Shown: piece after piece, positions 25,723 to 38,005 of the stretch
Layout: the number at the start of each line of letters is the position of its first letter
How positions within the stretch are numbered: position 1 is the stretch's first letter
Assembly (NCBI GenBank): GCA_030141605.1
Contig: JAQGDQ010000549.1
Coordinates: forward strand, 1 to 60,519
Direction: 5' to 3'
Source of the DNA: Tubiluchus corallicola
Taxonomy: Eukaryota; Animalia; Priapulida
Length of the DNA: 60,519 nt
Notes under the pieces: generated by a model
Databases searched by the model: none
The model's input: only the letters and a program-made list of their open reading frames with translations
What the model was told of the DNA's origin: nothing
Program-made: the position numbers and the translations under genes

Positions 25723-26270
25723 GTGTTGTTTAATCTTTGCTGGTCCAATCTGTAATGTTATTTGATCATAATAAAGTTGGTATCTTTGACCCAGAGTGAA
25801 CTGGTCATTTGATTAGGTCTAAGTCGCCACAAGGTGGCCAAAGCAGAAGTCAAGAGGAGGCCAATATGCCAAATTTCCAGCACAAAAAGGAAACAGCAGC
25901 CAGTCGTCTGCATACATAAGGTGATCTTCAGTGTAAACAAATGCTGTTGTGAATGTCTTTATTTGCATTTGATCTCTGCCCATTGGTCACTCACGTTTCA
26001 ACTCTTTGCCTCCGCGTGGCGGTCAGCTGCAGTCAACTGATTGTTGCAACTGATCTGGCCTTTTCTACTCTTGGCCATACACGGTCAACACGGCAGCCAT
26101 TGTCCAGCTGGAAAGGCATGAACACATTAATCGAGACTTCACCACGATTTTCTAGTCGGCGTTTTCCTTTTTCCTCTTTAGAGTGTTTGGATCTGAATGG
26201 AGATGAAGCAGCCTCTCTTTTAGGCCAGCAGCGCAGCACACCAAGAGGCTGGGAATCCTTTGAACAAAAT

Positions 26271-27457
26271 CTTAAACACGGTTCAGATCATCACTTCCGG
26301 TCAAGCAAAAACGTTTTTTATTCGTAAAATATGCGTACTTTTAATCAGTGTTTCTTCAGTTATTATTGGTGCTAAGAGAAGTATAATTATGAAGTGATGT
26401 TGAGGGTTAAGTTAACTTACAACTGTAATCCATCTAACAACATCTTAAACACGGTCTAAATTATCACTTCCGGTCAAGCAAAAACGTTTTTATACGTAAA
26501 ATATAGGTACTTTTAGTCAGTTTTTCTTCAGGTATTATTGGTGCTAAAAGAAGTATAATTATGAAGTGATGTTGAGGGTTGAATTAACTTACAACTTTAA
26601 TCCATCTTACCACATCTTAAACACGGTCTAAATTATCACTTCCGGTCAAGCAAAACGTTTTTTATGCGTAAAATATAGGTACTTTTAGTCAGTGTTTCTT
26701 CAGGCACTATTGGTGCTAAAAGAAGTATAATTATGAAGTGATGTTGAGGGTTGAATTAACTTACAACTTTAATCCATCTTACCACATCTTAAACACGGTC
26801 TAAATTATCACTTCCGGTCAAGCAAAACGTTTTTATTCGTAAAATATGCGTACTTTTAATCAGTGTTTCTTCAGGTATTATTGGTGCTAAAAGAAGTATA
26901 ATTATGAAGTGATGTTGAGGGTTACATGAACTTACAACTTTAATCCATCTAACAACATCTTAAACACGGTCTAAATTATCACTTCCGGTCAAGCAAAAAC
27001 GTTTTTATACGTAAAATATAGGTACTTTTAGTCAGTGTTTCTTCAGGTATTATTGGTGCTAAAAGAAGTATAATTATGAAGTGATGTTGAGGGTTGAATT
27101 AACTTACAACTTTAATCCATCTAACAACATCTTAAACACGGTATAAATTATTACTTCCGGTCAAGCAAGAACGTTTTTATACGTAAAATATAGGTACTTT
27201 TAGTCAGTGTTTCTTCAGGCACTATTGGTGCTAAAAGAAGTATAATTATGAAGTGATGTTGAGGGTTAAGTTAACTTACAACTTTAATCCATCTAACAAC
27301 ATCTTAAACACGGTCTAAATTATCACTTCCGGTCAAGCAAAAACGTTTTTGTACGTAAAATATAGGTACTTTTAGTCAGTGTTTCTTCAGGTATTATTGG
27401 TGCTAACAGAAGTATTATTATGAAATGATATTGAGGGTTAAATTAACTTACAACTTT
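26271..27457. repeat. Satellite-like tandem array of about 7 x 172 bp
   Basis: CTTAAACACGG recurs at 26271, 26444, 26616, 26788, 26959, 27131 and 27303. Confidence 0.95.
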
Positions 27458-28002
27458 GAGCAATAAGTGCTGGTTCATGGCTTATACCAAGACAAAACCA
27501 GAATGGTTTTTCGTAGATGAATGGATCATGGGGTTCTACACGAGCTATGTTCGTGTGATCAAGAGTTTGTGTGTCCCGAATTGTTGATACAATTTCTATT
27601 TTGCGTTTCTTCTGTTTTTTCGTCGATAAGTTGATGTTCTCTCTAAATTATTGGTTTTTGTCATTGGTTTTTAGTGAAAGTTGACCATTCTGGCGCTGCT
27701 TTTTTCTAAATTCGCCTTTCGGCAATAAATTCTCCTCAAAAACCGGGGAAAATACAGCTGTTTCAATGATGTAAAATAGACTGTGGAAAGTGATCAACAT
27801 GGCACGCTTGGCAGTTCCTAACGGCGAGGTAGATAGATCATAAAGTAGCCTAAGCACTGGAAAAATTAAAGTTTAATTGCTTAACTGAGTGCCTAATTTG
27901 GGTGAACACTAATGGAAAAAACTGATTGTGTAGTGACGTCAAACCAACAGCATTTTGAAATCACAAGAAATTACAATTGCGAAAAGTCCATAAGTTTTTA
28001 GT

Positions 28003-28227
<225 letters not shown>

Positions 28228-28260
28228 GTAGTCTGTGTGTAAGAATACTAAGAAGTCGTT

Positions 28261-28644
28261 AGTTTATACATAATTTATTATAGGATTGGATCAGACAGTT
28301 TGAACAACATGATTTAGGATCCTCACCACAACAGACTTTATACACTATTTACGAAAACATTTACAGTAAGAATAGACTATAACTACACAAGCTGACAAGT
28401 TTTACTACAAGATTATGTTAGACATTAGTAACATTTACAGTAAGAATAGACTATAACTGCACAAGCTGACAAGTTTTACTACAAGATTACATTAGTCATT
28501 AGTAGAAATGACTGTTAGAAAGTATTAATGTACGAATATTTAAGACAGATGCATTTCATATCAGCTAGAAACTACTGGAAGCGTTTAGTACGTAATATAA
28601 AGTCATGTATGCATTAGAATATTTTACAGTTAATAACATAAATT
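28261..28644 (-). mobile_element. CR1-group LINE 3' fragment with two 74-bp units
   Basis: Same family as 8417-9083; direct repeat AAGTCGTT at 28253-28260 and 28645-28652 (TSD). Confidence 0.85.
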
Positions 28645-28676
28645 AAGTCGTTTGATAAAAATATTTTTGCAGTTAA

Positions 28677-29282
28677 AGCAAAAAAACCGGACCCAATCTT
28701 AAACAGTAGGCCAAAACAATCTACTCTTTAAAATATTGAAAGGAAACATACTGTTTTTCAAGACACGTGAAAGAATTATTACTACCCAAAAACAATTTCG
28801 AGTTCGCGCCACTAGTTCTTCAGTTGCATGCACTTCGCCATTCGCTAGTTAGACGAGAACTAGCACATGCATTTCGGAAACCCAATACACAAAAAAGAAA
28901 TGCTGGTGCTCTCAGTTCAGATGTGTTAGTTTGTGACGAACTACACACGTTGGACTGCTCATGCGTGAGCACATTGGTAAATTTGAAATTTGAATTTTTA
29001 TCTTAAACTTACCTAGTTTTGGTACAACACACTGAATATATTACAGTAGCACCGCATTTTTCTTTTTCGCAAACACGTGCAACACGCTCGTGGAATATTT
29101 TTGCTCTTGAAAATCATGTTAGTTTGTGATGTCGTCAATAGTTCGGCTCGCCCGCCGTTAATTACGATTTTAATTTATAATTTAATTATCAGAACCGGTT
29201 TTGCAGTATAAATAATGTTGCAATTTATGCTTTAGACGTACTTGAAAATGGGGTAGTATATGAAAAATCATTCTGTCTTCCT
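28677..29282. mobile_element. Kolobok-like MITE, degenerate
   Basis: Right end AATCATTCTGTCTTCCT|TTAA matches the family TIR and the reverse complement of about 41315-41360; left end TTAA|AGCAAAAAAACCGGAC is imperfect. Confidence 0.55.
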
Positions 29283-29839
29283 TTAATAGTCGGTTTGCTT
29301 TGAACCTTTAGTGTTGGTGTATTTATGTATAGTTTGTCCGTTGTAGTTGACTAGGCCTGAATAACTTTTTATCTAAACAAAACTGGTCTTAATGGAAATA
29401 AACACTAATCGAATTGCTATCACGTCATCGCTCGCAACGACGTGAATGTTCTTTCACGCTTTTATGATTCACGCTTCGTAAATCAATGTCACGCTCGACT
29501 GGTTTTTCAATAGACCTTCACACAATACGTGATATATGGTTCGCCAGAGGACGTGGCTTCCTGTCGACGGATTCCTTTGTCCTGCGTCTTTAATAATGCA
29601 CAACAATAAAACGGAGGGTCTTTGTTGCACCACGCTGGCTTGCGGTAGACATTATTTCTGCTCAATTGTTATACAGGATCGAGATTAGATTTGCCAGATA
29701 TGGGGATAATAAAACGATTTTATGGAGTTAATTGCAAGAATATATTTGTTTGATTTGCATTTTATAGTAGTTGTTCAAGTCTTTGTTCATAAAGCCATGT
29801 TTTCAGCCCTCCAGTCACACATGTCTTGTTCGATGCTGC

Positions 29840-30319
29840 TTTCTTTTCTTCTCTCTCTTTCTCTCTATTTCTCTCTCTCCCTCCCTCTCTGTCTCTCTCT
29901 CCCTCTCTCTCTGTCTCTTTCTCTCTTTCCCTCTCTCTCTCTCATACTCTCTCTCTCTTTCTGTCTCTCCCTCCTCTCTCTCTCTCTCGCTCTCTATTTC
30001 TCTGTTTGCCCTCTCTCTCTCCCTCAATCTCTCTCTCTCTTTCGCTCTCTTTCTCTCTTTCCCTCTCTTTCCTCTCTCTCTCTCTCTCTCTCTCTCCCTC
30101 GCTCTATCCTGCCTCTTTCTCTCTCTCTTTTCTCACTTTCCCTCTCTTTCTCTCGCTCTCTCTCTCTCTTTCTTTCTCTCTGCGTCTCCTATCTCTCACT
30201 CTCTCTCTCTCTTTCTGTCTCTCCCTCCTCTCTCTCTCTCTCGCTCTCTATTTCTCTGTTTGCCCTCTCTCTCTCTCCCTCCCTCTCTCTCTTTCTCTCT
30301 CTTTCTGTCTTTCCCTCTC

Positions 30320-30358
<39 letters not shown>

Positions 30359-30440
30359 GCTCTATCTGCCTCTTTCTCTCTCTTTCTCACTTTCCCTCTC
30401 TTTCTCTCGCTCTCTCTCTCTCTTTCTTTCTCTCTTTTTG
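29840..30440. repeat. Degenerate (CT)n tract with an internal duplication of about 250 bp
   Basis: The landmark CTCTATTTCTCTGTTTGCCC occurs twice, near 29992 and 30246. Confidence 0.9.
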
Positions 30441-30509
30441 AGTTTTTCTCCTCTCCCCAAGTGTGCGATACAGAAAATTATCGTCAAATCTTGAAATATG
30501 CACCATTCA

Positions 30510-31368
30510 CGGTTGTTTTCATTTGTTTCTTGCTGGTTTACTGTATTTTTAGCATCTTTTGGCGTGTTTCCTCTTTTGTTTTCCATGTGTTTTTGGTGGT
30601 TTACTGTAATTTTAGCATCTTTTGGCGTGTTTCCTTTTGTTTTCAACGTGTTTTTGGTGGTTTACTGTAATTTTAGTATCTTTTGGCGTGTTTCTTTTTG
30701 TTTTCCATGTGTTTTTGGTGGTTTTCTGTAATTTGAGTATCTTTTGGCGTGTTTCTTTTTGTTTTCCATGTGTTTTTGGTGGTTTACTGTAATTTTAGCG
30801 TCTTTTGGCGTGTTTCTTTTTGTTTTCCATGTGTTTTTGCTGGTTTTCTGGAATTTTAGTATCTTTTGGCGTGTTTCTTTTTGTTTTCCATGTGTTTTTG
30901 GTGGTTTACTGTAATTTTAGCGTCTTTTGGCGTGTTTCCTTTTGTTTTCCATGTGTTTTTGGTGGTTTTCTGTAATTTTAGTATCTTTTGGCGTGTTTCT
31001 TTTTGTTTTCCATGTGTTTTTGGTGGTTTTCTGTAATTTTAGTATCTTTCGGCGTGTTTCTTTTTGTTTTCCATGTGTTTTTGGTGGTTTACTGTAATTT
31101 TAGCGTCTTTTGGCGTGTTTCCTTTTGTTTTCCATGTGTTTTTGGTGGTTTTCTGTAATTTTAGTATCTTTTGGCGTGTTTCTTTTTGTTTTCCATGTGT
31201 TTTTGGTGGTTTTCTGTAATTTTAGTATCTTTTGGCGTGTTTCTTTTTGTTTTCCATGTGTTTTTGGTGGTTTTCTGTAATTTTAGTATCTTTTGGCGTG
31301 TTTCTTTTTGTTTTCAATGTGTTTTTGGTGGTTTACTGTAATTTTAGCGTTTTTCGGCGTGTTTCGTT
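30510..31368. repeat. 61-bp minisatellite, about 14 copies, strongly T/G-skewed
   Basis: GGCGTGTTTC recurs every 61 bp from 30624 to 31356. Confidence 0.95.
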
Positions 31369-32239
31369 TTTTAATTTTATTTATTTTAATCTGAACACTC
31401 GTCGAAACCAAATGATTTCTTAACGATTCCTATTTGAACTTCTTAATTCCATGTTATTTTATGTTTGCATCTTCCTGTTAACCAGGTTTCTTACCAACAC
31501 CCCTCCCCCCTTAATCACCGCCTTAATCAATTTACACTCTAATAACGTTTAATAATCTGCAAGCTAAATTGTTTTCACCTTAATCTGGGCCAGGCGTTGA
31601 TTACACAATATTGTCTAATGAACCAATCAATGTTTGGACTTTATGAGTCATTGAAAAGGCTTCTTTTAACACTTGCATACCCTCCAGGTTGTTTGCCTGT
31701 GCATTAACCCTTTGACACCTGTTCGGATTACCAGTGAGTCATGTTCAATATGAGGAAAGTGTTAATATTTGGTTGTGTTGTCAATTCTGCTGACGGTGCT
31801 TGTATCAGAAAATCGCATTAGTAAAAGTATGTGGAGGGATGACTCGTTACTTTGTAGAATTTTCCTTTATGCAGTGTGTCGTATTTCTTAATACGCCATT
31901 TTGGACTACGTTGCATGCGCATGCGCAATATTGGTTTATCAAGAAGAAAATATCTTGTCGATTATTGTCGATAATTGGTTGGCTCTTAAAAATTGATTAA
32001 GCAGGGCCTACAATGTTAAAGTTATTGATTTTGCTATTCAAAACAGCTCGAAGGTTTAACGGAAACAATTCATTTAAAATGTAAAATGTGTTTAATTTTA
32101 ATTGGCTATAAGAAATTGATTGAGCTTATTCGCATATTATCTCGGCTGAAATGTACAGCCTAAATCAGTTATTAACTTATTGTATAAACTGTTAAGTAAG
32201 AATAACTAAGTGACGAAATGATTTTGCACTAGGAGTAAC

Positions 32240-32633
32240 GTGGTGATGGGACACGATAACGGTGACAATAACGGCGACGATGACGATAGTGATGACAGTA
32301 AAGGTGATGTTTAACATAACGATGATTCTGATCATAACTATGACAGCTGAGGTAGTGATCGATGGTGATGACGACTACGAAGGTGATGATGATGAGATGA
32401 TGATGATGATAATGATGAGGGTGAGGATGATGATGTTCATGATGTTCATCATTATAATGAGGGTGATGATGATGATGATGATGATAATGGTGACGATGAT
32501 GATGACGATGATGACGATGACGACGATGGTGAGGATGATGATGATGATGATGACGATGGTGATGACGACGACGACGACCACGACGACGATGATGATGATG
32601 ATGATGGTAATGATGGTCATGATGATGGGAATG

Positions 32634-32665
<32 letters not shown>

Positions 32666-32700
32666 GATGATGATGATGATGACATTTGACGATGACGACT
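32240..32700. repeat. (GAT)n/(GAC)n microsatellite upstream of the zinc-finger exon
   Basis: Directly visible. Confidence 0.9.
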
Positions 32701-32765
32701 ACACGAATAATAGTGACGAATGCGATGGGGATCTATAATCACATTTTTCATTTTCTCTTTTTCAG

Positions 32766-33181
32766 CCACATCAACAACAACGTTGACTACACTAACCACA
32801 GTCACTACTCGATCAGCGGAACTGCCTCCCTACATAGTGCTAACCGAACATCATCACCGCAGATCCCTACCGAAACAGGACTACTCCATGTACAGAACTC
32901 CCACGGGAAAGTACTTCTGTGCCTCGTGTAATATGACCTTGAACAACGAGACGCACTTTGCCTCCCACCTGGAAGGCAAGAGACACAAGGGCATCGTCAA
33001 CGCGAAGAAATTCGGCGGCAACAACAAGCTCGTCCCGGACAAAAACGGCAACGTCAATGCCGACGACAAGAACAACGACGACACGGCGGTGACGCTTAAA
33101 GTCACGAGTGGTGTCATCGAAAATGCTGTTGGGAACATTATAGCCAACAGGGCGGCGACACATGCCATACAGACTGAATAG
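32766..33181 (+). CDS. ZMAT3: Terminal coding exon of a matrin/U1-type C2H2 zinc-finger (dsRNA-binding) protein, ZMAT3/ZMAT4/ZNF385 family
   Basis: Strong acceptor TTTTCATTTTCTCTTTTTCAG ending at 32765 (phase 1); GC-rich codons; YRTPTGKYFCASCNMTLNNETHFASHLEGKRHK resembles the last ZMAT3 finger TPSGQFYCSMCN...FRQHLESKQHK (recalled); stop at 33179-33181; exact orthologue uncertain. Confidence 0.75.
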
Positions 33182-33396
33182 CAACCGAAGAATCATCGTA
33201 TTTTCAACGTGGCTTTTAATTCACTGTTCGCCTTGACCAAAAGACCAGCCTTCGCTTTTGTACCTTTTTAAGACTTTTTGGCCTTACCATTGTGACAATA
33301 GAATAGGTGGCACACGGACAATTGTAGTCTGCAGTTGTGTTCAACGACTGAATCACGGAAGATTTCAACAGACTGACACGTGAGAACAACAGTGAG

Positions 33397-33893
33397 AACT
33401 AAAAATTAGCTCCTACTGCCATAGTATGGTGATATCCAGTAGGCCATTGTTTGGTGATACCAGTAGGTCATACAATGGTGACATAATGCATGCCATAGCA
33501 TGGTGATATCCAGTAGCCATACGACGGTGATATCCTGAACAGACTGACAATCATTGAAAACTAAAAATTAGCTCCTACTGCCATAGTATGGTGATATCCA
33601 GTAGGCCATAGATTGGTGATGTCCAGAATGCCATAGAATGGTGATGTTCAGAATGCCGTAGAATGGTGATATCCAAAATTCCATATAGTGATGTCCGGTA
33701 GCCATACAATGGTGACATCCAGTAGGCCGTACAATTGTGATATCCAGTAGGCCATAGTTGGTGATATCCAGTAGGCCATACAATGGTGATATCCAGTAGG
33801 CCATACAATGGTGATATCCAGTAGGCCAAAGATTGGTGATATCCAGTAGGCCATACAATGGTGAATCCAGTAGGCCATAGATTGGTGATATCA
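33397..33893. repeat. 25-bp minisatellite (GCCATACAATGGTGATATCCAGTAG) in two blocks
   Basis: Both blocks start with AACTAAAAATTAGCTCCTACTGCCATAG, near 33397 and 33559. Confidence 0.9.
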
Positions 33894-33985
33894 TGAACGT
33901 CGTAGAATGGTAATGACCAGAATCTCGCACCTTGTGTCTCTGTTTGCCTCTTGCTTTTCTTTGATTGCTTGCTGGTTCTGCCTCA

Positions 33986-33999
33986 GTTGCCATGGCAAC
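33986..33999. promoter_or_regulatory. Perfect palindromic RFX X-box
   Basis: GTTGCCATGGCAAC. Confidence 0.5.
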
Positions 34000-35206
34000 T
34001 CAGTCCACATGGGAAGGAACAGCCTTTCATTCATGAACTCCATGAGGTCATTTAGTGTTTTTATTCATCTTATTTTGTTATTTTATGGATGTCAAATAAA
34101 CTAAATTAAACTAAACTTCATCAACAAACGGTTGCATGGACGCCATCTGCTGGATTCAAGTGAAAGGCGGGTGAACTAGAGAACGCTGACCAGGATGGAC
34201 TCATAGTGTCCACACGTGCCAAGGGGACCTGGATGGTGATGGTCAAGGGTGTTGGGTCATCTCCGGTCACTGACTTCCTTGTAACGTGGAACCATTGTTA
34301 CTGAGTAGCTGTCATTAAACATTTGCAGGTATCAGTTACTGTAACAGATTGCATATGTCTCGAATCTCATTGCTTACAGTAACTGCTTGAACTCACAAAA
34401 GGAAGATTAAATTACCTTTTTGCCACTATTTTGGTCGCTACAGTATCTCACCTGTTTCCTCAAAGAAAAACTGAATTCTGGAAGTCTTCTGTTTTCTGAT
34501 AATTAGAGTCTTGAAACTCATATACAAGTTACAATAAGTTTAATAATCATGAACGCCATTGATATCTAGATTACATCGTAGAAGCAGTGACGTATCTACT
34601 GTTTATTGGTCGATTTTTTGATCACGTGAGTCGACGTGTACGCCGTCTTTGTTCTGATCTTGTAAATTTTTTCTCTTTTGAATCGGGATGCACCAAAACG
34701 CGACTGGCTTTTCCTTTTCTTGCTTTGCAAACAATCAGTGTGCTCGTCGCCATTTGCTATGTTAGAAATATTTATTCGGTTAAACGTTATTTGAATGTTG
34801 TAAAATATATGAAAAGTTTTACTTTTTAAACGTATGTATGAAAGTGCGTCATTAACCTGTTCTGTTTTCATTTAGGAGAAATTGCGTTTTTAATTAGATT
34901 AAAATTATGCAAGTTTCAATAATTACCTACAGAGATTAAAAAGGTTATAGCGTGATTTGTGATAAATATGTAGTGATTTATTGGTCTTTTTTCACAACAG
35001 GGCCGCCTAAATAACAAGCATATAACAAAATTTTTGCATACATATGCGAATAAACTTAGCTACAACACATTGAATAATGACTGCATTAGTTCATCTTCAA
35101 TACTTAGGAAGCAAAAGTATGAAACATGTGATTTTGTTAACAAGGAAGTTACTGGCGACGTCATGTTTAGAAAAAATGAAAGAAAATGACGTCACCGAGT
35201 TTGTTA

Positions 35207-35385
35207 CGGTGCGTTCAGACCAGCGAGTTTTCTCGCAAAGTTAACTAGCCAAGTAACTCGCAAGCGTTCAGACCAGCGAGTTTTCTCGCTAAGTTAACTA
35301 GCCAAGTAACTCGCAAGCGTTCAGACCAGCGAGTTTTCTCGCTAAGTTAACTAGCCAAGTAACTCGCAAGCGTGTTCAGACTAGA
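35207..35385. repeat. 53-bp unit x3 beginning at a PIF/Harbinger-like terminus
   Basis: Units at 35211, 35264 and 35317; start TTA|CGGTGCGTTCAGAC resembles Harbinger TIRs with a TTA/TAA target; no partner TIR found. Confidence 0.6.
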
Positions 35386-36436
35386 GAGCAAAATTTGCTG
35401 TGAGTTACTCTCCGACAGTAAGCGTGAGCTGACACTTTAACATTTCGGAAAATGAATTTTTCTACTTAGTAACATAACAATCTTCTAACCTGGCCTCAGT
35501 AATAAACAAAGTATTCACATACAGTGGCACAGTATCGTTTTCTAACAAAAACACAAGATTAATATCAGCTGGTACTTTTGTAAACTCTAGATACCACAGT
35601 AAATTACAGTGTTTAGACAAAATATTTTTGCACACTCTATTATAAGTCTATTCTGTATATGAAACCAAACACAACCAGTTTATGCCTAAATGCTTATGCA
35701 AAGTAAGTGTTTGTTTAAACATTCATTACTTTATTAAAGTAATTAATTAATAATAATAGTAATGGATGAGTTATTTTAATTAGTTTTCTGAGGTTGCCTT
35801 AATTACGATGTTCTTGCAAAGAGACATAGGTTATTGTTATAAAATACGAAACAGGTTTAACTTTTTTTGCTTTTTACCTTTTAAAACGCTTTTTACCGTT
35901 TCTTACCGTTCTTACTAAATCTTTCGTCTCTCAGATGTCACCAGAAATTCAAATTATTATTTGATTTCATAACTTTGGATACCAATGTTCATCCTTTACC
36001 CTTAAAATTCTGATTCAGGTCACATATTACAACAGCCACTGGAGTACTATGTTAAGATGTACAGCTAGTAAATACGATTGTATTCATAACGACTACATAA
36101 TATGTTTGATATAAACACTGATCACGAATGTAGACTGAATTATACTGTGTTTTCTATGGCACTGCTGTACATTATCCTATTAAAACAGAAGAAGGCCATC
36201 AAACACTGTCTAATGTTTGTAAACTCTTGTAAAAATGCAGAAAAAACTTTATCTCGGTCTGGATTCGAACTATCGGCTTTTGAAAGGTGAAAAGAAACCC
36301 AATGAAACAATGTGCAGAGAGTATTAACGTCAAGCTAAACACTTATTATTATAACAACCTTAATATTGTGTTTAAAAAGCCTCAATGTCTGTCTGCTGGG
36401 ATCGTATAAGTCTTTAAATTTCTACTGTGTGAAAAG

Positions 36437-36815
36437 TAGGGATGAGCATCGAACGTTCGAGATCGATTCGAACGATTTTTTGTTCAGTTCGAATTCGATT
36501 CGAACCTAAAATTATAGATTCGAATATTTCAGCACTTCAATCTCATTCGTTCCTTGTCATTAAAATGTTTGTGATTTTCGTGCACAATTTTAAAGAAATT
36601 ATTAGTGGTTTTACTGCAGAACGAAATCAAGCAATATGCATGATCTTTATCAGACAAATTTTTACTGGTGGTTCGTAAACTTGTTCGAAAATCTTTCAGT
36701 CTCAATTCGAATTCGATTCGAATTCGAAATACCGAAGTTCGGTTCGATTCGAATTCAAAAGTCTCAAATTCGATTCGACTCGAATTCGCTTTCTGGTAGA
36801 GAATGCTCACCCCTA
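36437..36815. mobile_element. hAT (Ac-like) MITE, 379 bp
   Basis: TIRs TAGGGATGAGCAT / TAGGGGTGAGCAT; 8-bp TSD GTGAAAAG / GTGAAAAA; TTCGAA-rich subterminal repeats. Confidence 0.85.
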
Positions 36816-36922
36816 GTGAAAAATGAGAACGTTGCCATTTTGTTTACACTTGAAGTGCAAAAAACAGCACTGACAGAAAACAACAGCCATGATTTTTTCC
36901 TGATCTTTTGCAAATTTGCCGT

Positions 36923-38005
36923 ACCGTGTCTGTTATCGATTTCAAATTCGGTCTCACCTTTGTAAAGGTATTTCAGGAATTTCGAAATTCCTTTATTGAT
37001 TTTTTATAAAGCTCTTATTATTCTGCTGTATCCTATGCAGTACTCGAAACTCAAAGTACTCAAGGAATTTCTGCTGTTTAAACGTTTCAAAACTCTTATT
37101 TGTTGCAACAACTTCTAAGTTTGAGTTTAATAATTTATAAATCCCATGAACTATAATGCCATTATCTATAATACAATATTCTAATTAGATGTACATTGAA
37201 CGATCATAAAGGCTGACAATTTATAAAAACTGACAAGTTGCTACAAAACAGTAGATCTAAACTAATTGAAGATGGCAAACCGTTACTAATTATTAAAATT
37301 CGTGTAAAATAAAGTTAGAGATTGTATGCAGTTTTAAACGAATAGGTTTTAAGCAGTGATTTGAAAGCAGTGAAAGACGTTTTAGCGCGTACATAAACTG
37401 GCAAGGAGTTCCAAAAATTCGATGCAGTCAGAAAGAATGCTCTTGGTACAGTTTCAGTTCTGAATCTAAGCCGACAAGGTGTTCCAAAATTTCGATGCAG
37501 TGTCAGAGAATGCTCTTGATACAGTTTTACCATTGAATCTATTCTTTCAGATCGAACTTTTGCAACATCCTGTCAGTTCATGACAGCTTAGATGCAAAAC
37601 TGAAACTGTACCAAGAGCATTCTTTCAGACTGCATTGAATTTTTGGAACTCCTTGCCAGTTTAGATTCAGAACTGAAATTATAAATTCATTCAATTTATT
37701 CATTATAAATTGTCAGTCTTTATGATTGTTCAATGTATATCTAATTAGAATATTGTATTATAGATAATGGTAGTATAGTTCATGGAATTTATAAATTATT
37801 AAACTCTAACTTAGAAGTTGTTGCAACAAATAAGAGTTTTGAAACGTTTAAACAGCAGAAATTTCTTGAGTACTTTGTGTTTTGAGTACTGCATAGGATA
37901 CAGCAGAATAATAGGAGCTTTATAAAAATCAATAAAGCAATTTCGAAATTCCTGAAATACCTTTAGAAAGGTGAGACTGAATTTGAAATCGAAAACAGAT
38001 ACGGT
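36923..38005. repeat. Large inverted repeat built from an L2-like LINE 3' end plus flank
   Basis: Outer arms 36923-37226 and 37703-38005; inner arms about 37396-37458 and 37598-37661; minus ORF 37315-37533 ends FWNSLPVYVRAKTSFTAFKSLLKTYSFKTAY, an L2-type C-terminus. Confidence 0.85.

Noticed and set aside
25903-25923. Minus-strand HLMYADD as a reverse-transcriptase active site
   Set aside because: The frame is short and bounded by stops, flanking residues lack RT motifs, and it is too close to the adjacent LINE C-terminus; probably chance or unrecognisably decayed
32720-32765. ATG at 32720 as the start of the zinc-finger protein
   Set aside because: These bases are a polypyrimidine tract and acceptor next to a microsatellite; better explained as the intron end
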